Shown here: positions 54,575 through 64,000 of the stretch, piece by piece
Layout of the letters: every line of letters begins with the position of its first letter
Position numbering within the stretch: the stretch's first letter is position 1
DNA from: the human T2T-CHM13v2.0 reference genome, Homo sapiens
DNA length: 64,000 bases
Strand: one strand, 5' to 3'
Assembly: GCF_009914755.1 (NCBI RefSeq)
Contig: NC_060926.1
Position numbers and translations under genes: made by a program
The notes under the pieces: model-generated
Told to the model about the DNA's origin: nothing
Seen by the model: the letters and a program-made list of their open reading frames with translations, nothing else
Databases searched by the model: none

Positions 54575-55955
54575 AATATTATTTCTGGAGATATATTTGC
54601 CATGTGATCCATTTTGTTTGTTAGAAAAACACAAGAGAAAAAAATTGCTGATAATCTTCTCAAAAAGGATTATCTTGTTTGTTCTAAAGCCAAGGATGTA
54701 TAGTGCATCTTGGAATGTTTTGGATTGAGGTGGGACATTTGCTTTCTTTTTGTTTTCAAACATCATTAATTTACTTGGTATAAGAACTTCAGAATCAGCA
54801 TAAAGTAAAAGTAGTTTCTTAGGAATAGTGTCATGATAATTCCATGCACTTAACATGAGGTAGGTGATAACGGAAGTAGTGGTTTTCTTGATTTTTCTTA
54901 TTCAAACTGCTTCATCAAACAAAACAAAACAGAACAAACGCCCTGGAGACAGAGAGTCTTATTGTGCCATAGTATTTCTCTTTCTCTCTCTTTTTTAAAT
55001 ATTTCAAGCGAGCATGCCATCAGCAGGGCTGTCTTCACTGAGCTATTTGTTGCTGGGAGATGTTGTAGACTGTTGCTCGGTCAGTGCAAATGAGAGCTGC
55101 TAGCCTCGCTGTAACCTCGCTGGCTGGGTACTCTCAGAGATTGTTAAGAGTTTTAAAATTTTTCTAATCACTAAGCATGTTAGGAAACCAGAGCTTTGTG
55201 TATGAAGAACAACTTCCTCTCAGGGACTGTACTCAAGGCTGAGGTTTGGACCTCAGCCAATTTTATGAACGAACAGGAACAATGTCAAAAACATCAGGAT
55301 TCCTGGTCATGAGGACCAGAGGGGGCCACTCCAATGGGATGGTAAGCTTCTGTAGGGCTGGCACGTGACTTTGCACCCCTGATGCTCCGCATGAAGGGAT
55401 TTTCTGCACCCAGCAAGTGCTGACTGATTTCCTGAGGACACTTAGTCCTACTCTAAACTCTAAGAAGGTCTAGGGCCACATCAGGAAAGTGAGATTCATG
55501 CACTGACTCATTTCCACACTTCAGAGGACACTTTCTTTGAGTGGGTGTTTGGAAAAAAATGCAAGGTAGATGTAATTCTCCACACATCAGCTGATGACTC
55601 GTACTGACAGTGTCTAGAATAGAACTTTTTTTTTCCTTTTGGGTAGGTACCTTCTCCCCAGATGGATGGTGTGTTCCCCAGAGTGCCGAGGTATTTCTGG
55701 GTGAAGTAATATTGTTCCCTTGTGTGTAATCCTACTAGTTCTCTTTCATGAAGTAGCTGGAATGTCTGAGTGGTCAAGGGTAATCCCTGAGCTGGCCTTG
55801 ACACAAACAGATACGGGCTCTTCCATCCTTGGGTCCCTCTGTTCTGACACCTGATGACACACTTAGGAGTTTTCCTCTAGTACCTAAAACTATAGTTAGT
55901 AGGTACTTAGAAACAATTACAAGCTGTGCTAATGCTTTTTAAAAGTGGAAATATC

Positions 55956-56243
<288 letters not shown>

Positions 56244-56334
56244 AAAAGTGGAAATAGCAATATGTGCTTTAGCTAAATATTAATTTTGTTTTTGCCCTGC
56301 CTTTTAGCTCTGTGGTCTTGACCAAGGCCTCATA

Positions 56335-56387
56335 GCGACTCTGAATCTCTTGCGACTCTGAATCTCTTGCGACTCTGAATCTCTCGC
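56335..56387. repeat. 17-bp tandem repeat x3
   Basis: (GCGACTCTGAATCTCTY)3. Confidence 0.95.
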
Positions 56388-56804
56388 AATCTCAATTTTC
56401 TTGTTTGCAAAACTAAGATGTAGCAGTTATAATGTGAGGCGCAAATGAGAAAGGCCATACAAAAACCCTAACCAAAAAATCCAGTAAAATGAAGCTCAGT
56501 TAAACTAAAGACAGCCCGTTGACATCTTTTGTGCGTTTCCTCCTTGGTTCCCAGGAATGCTGGAAAAAGAGGCATTTGTTCTAAACATGGAAATGCAGCA
56601 AAATAATGATTCTTTTATGGCCTGGTGGTCTGGTTTGACACAATCAATAACTAAAATAAATACACACAGCGTACAGCCCTGTAATAATAGAGGTTGCTCG
56701 GAATCAACTCACAGTAGTAAAAATCCTGGTTGAGAAATTATCCCCAAAGATGATATGATTTTATCGCCCCGTACAAAGTTAACCAGTCTTATACATAATA
56801 TGGA

Positions 56805-59246
56805 TCTTTTCAAACTTTTAAATGAAGTATAATGCATACACAGAACAGTGAACTCATCATGGGCAACTAAATTAATTTTCACAAAATCATATTTTGTGAA
56901 TATGCTATGATTTATTAATACATTGTACTGCTGATGAACATTTGGATAGTTTCTGGTTTTTGGCTAATAAATATAGGGCTGCTATGAGTATTTTTGTATA
57001 CATACTTTGGTTGACATTTCTACTATTTTCTGTTGGTCTTGTACCTGTGAGTGAAATTACTGAGTCATAAGATATGTATTTGTTCCTCAGCAGTAGTTAC
57101 TGCTGCCACACAGCATGGTTCTGCTAATATGTACTTCCAGTGGGAATGTTTGACAGTTCCAGCTGATGGAAATCTTTACCAGCGTTTAATATTTTCTCTT
57201 ATTCATTTTCACCATTCTGGTAAGAGTGTCCCGCAATTTCATTCTGGCTTTAATTGAATTTCCCCAATGGCTAATGCAGTTGAACACTTTTTCAAATTAT
57301 TTTTTGGCCATTTAAATATTTTCTTTTGTTAAGGATCAGTTCAACCTTTTGTTTGTATTTCTATTGGGTTACCTAGATTTTTCTTACTGATTTGCAGTGG
57401 TTTTTAATGCATTCTGGGTAAGAACACTTTGTCAGCAGTATCTATTCCAAATACCTGCTTCAACTCTGTGGATTGCATTTCATTTCCCTAATGGTGTCTT
57501 TGGATGAACACACCTTGATTTATCAATAGTCTTTCTTTGATTATTAGAATATTTTGTGTCTGTTTTACAACTATTTGCCTACTCCAAAGTCATAAAAATT
57601 TTCTCCTGTGCATTTCTTTAAAGGCTTTATTGTTTTACTTTTCACATTCAGATCTGCAGACCAACAATTAAGATTTGGATATGGTATTAAGCAGTGGCTC
57701 AAGGTTCAATTTTCATTTCTCCATTTGACTATCCAAATGATTCAGTGCCATTTAGAGAAATGAATACTCTTTTCTCTCTTCAGTTCAGTGGCGTGTTGGG
57801 CATAAATCAGGTAACTATGTAGGTGTGTATGAGTCTTTTTCTGGACTATTCATTCTATTGCATTGGCCAGTTTGTATAAATTTTCACTGAAATGCTGTCC
57901 TAATTACTATAGCCCTGATATAAAATGCTATCTAGTAGGGTAAGTCTTTACTATTCCTCAAGATTGCCATAGCTATTATTTGCATTTAATATTTTCATAT
58001 GAATTTTAAAATCACCTGTCAATTCCCACAAAATACCAACAGCGATTTTGATTGGGATTGCAATTAATTTATAAATCAATTTGGGAATAACTGACAACTT
58101 TACAACATCAAATCTTTCAATTATTGAACATGCTACATTGTATAGCTCCATTTATAAGATATTCTTTAACTTCTCTTGGCAATTTTTAAAATTTTTCAGT
58201 GTAGGGAACTTACATGTTTTTCATATTTTCAGAAGAATCACTGTCTGTGTCAGCAATAGCTTTATTTTTAGGTGGTTACTATTTTTAGTGAGCTTGTACA
58301 TGAAGTAATTTTTGAAACATTTCATTTATGACTTGTTCGTTGATAGAAATAAAAGTGATTTTAATATTGACCTTTTATCCACTAGCACTGCTAAACTTGT
58401 TTACTGATTTTAATAATCTGTACATGCTTGTGAATATTCCAGAAAAACAATCATGCCATCTGCAAATAATGGCATTAATTTTTAAAGGGTGGTTTCACTG
58501 GGTAAGATTTCTTAATTGACAGTTTAGTTTTCTTTAGGTGCTTAGAGTATGTTGTTCCAATGCCTTTTGGCCTCCGTACTTTCTCATAAGAATTCAGTTG
58601 TTAATCACTTCATTGTATTTCCTGTATGTGATGGGTCGTTTTTCTCTAGCTGCTCTCAGGATATTTTCTTTATCATTGGCTTTTAACAATTTGCTTATGA
58701 TGTGCTTTCTTTGTGATTATTCTTTGTTGGGTTGTATTGAGCTTGTTGAATATGTAAATTAATATTTTTCACTGTTTGAAAAGTTGTCAGTCATTATTAC
58801 TTTAAATATTTTCTACGCCTTTCTCCCCCTCTTTTTTTTTGGGGATTTTAATTACATATATTTTGGCAGAGCCAGGGGCTCTGTTTATTTTTCAACAGAC
58901 TTTTTTTCTTTGTGATCTTTCAACTGTGTAAAAAACTCACTAGTTCTTTATCTGTCACTAATCTGCTCTGGGAATCACCTCGTAAATTAAAAAATTCTCG
59001 TTACTGTTCTTTCCAGCTGTTTTTAAACGTTATCTAGCCTCCCTTTCTCTCTCAAAGATTTTATATTTGTTCACTCATCAATATCTTATTTAAAAATTAT
59101 TTGAACATGTTTCTCTTTATTTTTTTGAGCATATTGATACACAACATGTGGACCTACTCAGAGTGACCTACATTTTTGAAGCCCATATTTTTTAAGATGT
59201 AGAATTCCAGTTTTGCAATTATTTTCCACTCACACATTAAATATAT
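56805..59246 (-). mobile_element. Old L1M (MC/MD/ME) fragments
   Basis: Antisense ORF2 remnants (VIPKLIYKLIAIPIKI) followed by 5'/ORF1-type sequence. Confidence 0.72.
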
Positions 59247-59248
59247 TA

Positions 59249-61961
59249 TAGGTGTATCTCAGAGATATTGTGGATTTGCTTCCAAACCACTGCAGAAAAG
59301 TGAATATTGCAATAAAGCAAGTCACAATTTCTTTTTTTTTTGGTTACCCATTGCATGTAAAAGTTATGTTTACACTATACTGTAGTCTATTAAATGTATG
59401 GTAGCTTTATGTCTAAAAAACAATGTACATATCTTAGTTAAAAATACTTTTTCACTTAAAAATGCTAACAATGATCTAAGGCTTCAGTAAGTTGTAATCT
59501 TTTTGCTAGTGGGAGGTCTACCCTTGATGTTGATGGCTGCTGACTGACCAGAGTGGTGGCTGCTGAAGGTTGGGGTAGCTGTGGCAATTTCTTAAAATAA
59601 GACAACAATTAACCATGCCACAGCGATCAACTCTTCTCCTCTTGAAAGATTTCTCTGTAGCATGTGATGCTGTTTGACAGCATTTTACCCAAAGTAGAAC
59701 TTCTTTCAAGATTGGAGTTAATCCTCTCAAACCCTGACACTGCTTTCTCAATTCAGTTTAGGTAATATTCATAATCCTTTTGATATGGTTTGGCTCTGTG
59801 TCCCCACCCAAATCTAATGTCAAATTGTAATTCTCGTGCATCAGGGGAGGGACCTGGTGGGAGGTGACTGGATCATGGGAGCTGTTCTCATGATAGTGAG
59901 TGTGAGTTCTCATGAGGTTTGATGGTTTAAAGGTGTGGCATGTTCCCCCTTGCTCTCTCTCCGTCTCTCCTGCCACCGTGTAAGACGTGCCTTGCTTCCT
60001 CTTCACCTTCTTCCATGATTGCAAGCTTCCTGAGGCTGCTCCAGCTATGTGGAACTGTGGGTCAATTAAACCTCTTTCCTTCGTAAATTACTCAGTTCTT
60101 TCTTTATAGCAGTGTGAAAATGGACTAATATACCCATGTTGTCATTTCAGCAAATGTTCACAGCATCTTCACCAAGAGTGGATTCCATGTCAAGAAATCA
60201 CTTTCTTTGCTCAACCATAAGAAACAACTCCTCATTCATCCAAATTTGGTCATGAGACTGCAGCAATTGATTCCACCTTCAGGCTCCACTTTTAATTCTA
60301 GTTCTCTTGCTATTTTCACCACATCTGCAGTTACTTCCTCTACTGAAGTCTTGAACCCCTTAAAGTCATCCACGAGGGTTGGAGTCAACTTCTAAACTCC
60401 TGTTAATGTTGATATGTTGACCTCCTCTCATTAACCATGAATGTTCTTAATGACATCTAGAATGGTGAATCCTTTCCAGAAAGTTTTCCATTTACTTTTC
60501 CAGTTCCATCAGAAAAATCACTATCTATGGCACCTATAGCCTTACAAAATGTATTTCTTAAATAATAAGAATTGAAAGTCAAAATTACCTCTTGATCCAA
60601 TGGAAATTGTGTTAGCAGGCATGAAAAAACATTAATCTCTTTTTACATCTTCATCAGAGCCCTTGGATGACCAGTTCCCTTGCCAATGAACAGTGATATT
60701 TTTACAGGAATCTTTTTTTTTTTCCCCTGAGAACTAGCTCTCAACAGTGGGCTTAAAATATTCAGTAAACCATGCTGTAAACAGATGTGCTGTCATTCAG
60801 GCTTTGTTGTTAAGTTTATAGCGCATAGGTAGAGTAGATGTAGCCTAAGTTTTGAAATGAGAAATGGACGTTGGCGTCAACTTAAAGTCACCAGCTTTAT
60901 TAGCTCCTAATAAGAAAGTCAGCTTGTCCCTTGAAGCTTCAAAACCAGACGTTGACTTCTTTTCTCCACTATAAAAGTCCTAGATGGCATTTTCTTCCAA
61001 CAGAAGGCTGTTTTGTCTACATTGCAAATCTGTTGTTTAGTGTAGCCACCTTCATCAATGATCTTACCTAGATATGTGTAACTTGCTGCAGCTTCTACAT
61101 TAACACTAGCTGCTTCATCTTGCACTTTTGTGTTATGGAGATGGCGTCTTTCCTTCAACCTCATGAACCAACCTCTGCTAGCTTCCAACTTTTCTTCTGC
61201 AGGTTTCTCACCTCTCTCAGCCTTCCTAAAATTGAAGAGTTAGGGCCTTGCTCTGTGTTAGGCTTTGGATTAAGAGAATGTTGGGTCTGTTTTGATCTAT
61301 TATTGACACTACTGAAACTTTCTCCATATCAACAATAAGGCTGTTTTGCTTTCTGATCATTTGTGTGTTCACTGGAGTAGCACTTTTAATGTCCTTCAAG
61401 TATTTTTACTTTGCACTCACAACTTTTCTAACCATCTGGTGCAAGAGGCCTAGCTTTCATCCCATCTTGGCTTTCAACATGCCTAAGCTTCATCATTTCT
61501 TGTTTTTATTAAAGTGAGAGAATTGTGACTCTTCTTTGAATGCTTAGAGGTCTTTGTAGGGCTATTAATTGACCTAATTTCAATATTGTTGCATCTCAGA
61601 GAATAGGAAGGAGACAGAGAGATGGGGGAGTAGCTGGTCTGTGGGACAGTCAGAACACATTTATTAACTTTTCTGTCTTATGAGTGTGGTTTGTGTCACC
61701 TCAAAACAATTACGATAGTAACATCAGATATTGCTGATTGCAGATCACCATAACATATAATAATAATAAAGTTTGAAATAGTGTGGGAATTACCAAAATG
61801 TGACACAGAGATATGAAGTTACCACATGCTGTTGGAAAAATGGAGCTGATAGAGCCAGATGCATGGTTGCCACAAACCTTCAATTTGTAAAACAAAACAA
61901 AAACCCCCACAGTATCTGTGAGGTACAATAAAGCAAAGTGAAATAAAATGAGGTCTGTTTG
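59249..61961 (-). mobile_element. Near-full-length Tigger1 (TcMar-Tigger DNA transposon) with disrupted transposase
   Basis: Both decayed termini flanked by TA. ORF 60919-61188(-) [18 protein letters not shown]...[31 protein letters not shown] is the pogo/CENP-B-type transposase. About 2.36 kb after removing the LTR insert. Confidence 0.93.
59781..60132 (+). mobile_element. THE1D-like MaLR solo LTR nested in Tigger1
   Basis: TGATATGGTTTGGCTCTGTGTCCCCACCCAAATCT...attaaacctc...ggactaata. Confidence 0.88.
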
Positions 61962-62042
61962 TACCTCGTTGTCTTCTAGTTTTCACTGTTTCTATCAAGG
62001 AGGCAGTTGTAAGTCTTCCTCTGAATGCCTTTGTTTCTCTGA

Positions 62043-62425
<383 letters not shown>

Positions 62426-62614
62426 TATCCTTTTTTTTTCAATTTTTTTTTTTTTTTTGTAATTTGGCCTTCTAGTCCTTTGTCCCCTCCTCATCACCAC
62501 CACCACCTACCATGGGGAGTTTTGGGTGCAGGAACCTAAATCCCCACAAAGGTTCTATGTTGGGGGTATGTAATAACAAATAAGTCAATCAGATCAAATA
62601 TTATTTTCCCACCA

Positions 62615-63250
62615 ACTTGGAATTTGCTAAGCCCCATGAAAATGTGGTTCACCAGTTTTGAAAAACGTTTGGCCACTATCTCTTCAACTGTTGCTTCTGA
62701 TTTGCTCTTTCTGTCTTCTTCTAAGATTAATTATACATATGTTAGACTTCTTGAGTATATCATGCATATCTCTTACGCTCTTTTTATTATTTTTCTCTCT
62801 ATGCATTGGTTTTGATATTTTCTGTTAAACTACCTCCACATTTGCAAAACCTGTGGTCTGCTGTGTTTAATCAGCTGTTAACCCATCAGCTGAATTTTCA
62901 CTTCAGCTATTATATTTTTCAGTTCTAGATTGTCTATTAGATTCCTTTTTATAGATTTCAATCCATTGTTGGTATTTTTTATCCTTTTACCTGTTTAGTT
63001 CATGTTTTTCTGCATCTTCTTGAGGGTATTAATCACAGTTATTTACAGTCTTAGTTTGCTAACTATAATTTCTTGATTACATGTGAGCTGCTTCCATATT
63101 CTGCTTTTTTCTCTTAATTATTAGCCATATTTTCTCGTCTCTGTGGTAAATTTTTAATTTTGCCAAACAATGTGTATGAGAGGACAATAGAGGCTTCGGC
63201 TAATGTTATTAATGATCAGGGAGTTTCTTCTTTTCTGTTCAGTAGATGCA
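62615..63250 (-). mobile_element. Old L1M ORF1-region fragment
   Basis: tttttcagttctagattgtctattagattcctttttatagatttc, antisense L1M ORF1. Continues the fragment at ~61965-62126. Confidence 0.65.
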
Positions 63251-63774
63251 ATGAGGTATTGGTAAACTCAGTCCAACCAGAATTTTCCATTTTAGTAAAA
63301 CACATTAGAACTTGGTTTACTTGTGTTTCTCAATTGAGACTTTTCTGGGCTTTTCATAGAGAGCCTTGTGAGTCTCTGTTGCCTTAGTTCCAAAAAAATT
63401 GTGGGAGAACCAGATATACCCTCCAGAGATTCACAGCCCAGCTCTCAAGTGATCAGTCTCATAGAGATGAAAAATCTGGCAAATGTTTTGATGGAAAACA
63501 GGTTATGTGCTTGAGGCAGGGCTTCTTCTAGTAGTTTTTTTTCTTTCTTTCTTTTAATCTATCAATCTTTAACAGCATCTTGGATAGCCTATGAGTGTAT
63601 GTACTTGACAAACATTGCCTCTTTATGGTTCACAGTAGTTTCTAAAATACATTCACTTTATTGGCCATTATCCTTTGAAAGCTGATTTTGTAATCTTGAT
63701 AAAGTGGAAGTGGATTTTATAGTCTTGAGAAAGTGGAAATTAACAAGGCAGCTTCATGGATAATGTATCCTTTT

Positions 63775-64000
63775 CTTCTTTCTGAAAATTATACATACTA
63801 TTTTATATATTTATGGGGTACATGTGATATTTTGTTGCATTCATAGAATGTGTAATGATCAAGTCAGAGTATGTGGAGTATCTGCCATCTTGAGTATTTA
63901 CCATTTTTATACGTTGGGAATATTTCAAGTTCTCTCTTGTAACTACTTTGAAATAGACAATACACTGTTGCTTACTATAGTCACCCTACCTTGCTCTCCA
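63775..64000 (-). mobile_element. L1MA 3' end (runs off the window)
   Basis: tatttatggggtacatgtgatattttg...tagaatgtgtaatgatcaagtcag. Confidence 0.82.

Noticed and set aside
60919-61188. Domesticated TIGD-like gene or active transposase
   Set aside because: Only an 89-aa fragment of a frameshifted, stop-containing Tigger1 with decayed termini.

Overview
Human genomic DNA (Alu-containing) from the IL-1 receptor cluster on chr2q11.2-q12.1. The only protein-coding sequence I can support is the last exon of IL1R2, the decoy IL-1 receptor (524-690, + strand: transmembrane helix, short TIR-less tail, stop), with a short 3'UTR. About 40 kb of repeat-rich intergenic DNA follows, then a probable distal non-coding first exon and promoter of IL1R1 (~42.69-42.83 kb, with a weaker candidate at ~36.84-36.94 kb) and intron to the end of the window. 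Much of the rest is transposon fossil: L1PA/PB/MA/MB/ME, L2, MIR, about 12 Alus, MaLR and ERV solo LTRs, MER58A and a near-full-length Tigger1. Repeat subfamily names come from my recall of consensus sequences, not from a RepeatMasker run. Almost all ORFs in the supplied track are spurious. I did not find a convincing new biological system. The best second-look items are the IL1R1 distal promoter region (perfect 17-bp inverted repeat, 53-bp RY tract, IRF/kB/AP-1 motifs, strong-Kozak uORF, upstream sense THE1C LTR), a tandem ARE/MARE pair at 36.7 kb, tandem polyadenylation signals in IL1R2, a probable AluYd-lineage element, and several template-switch micro-rearrangements.
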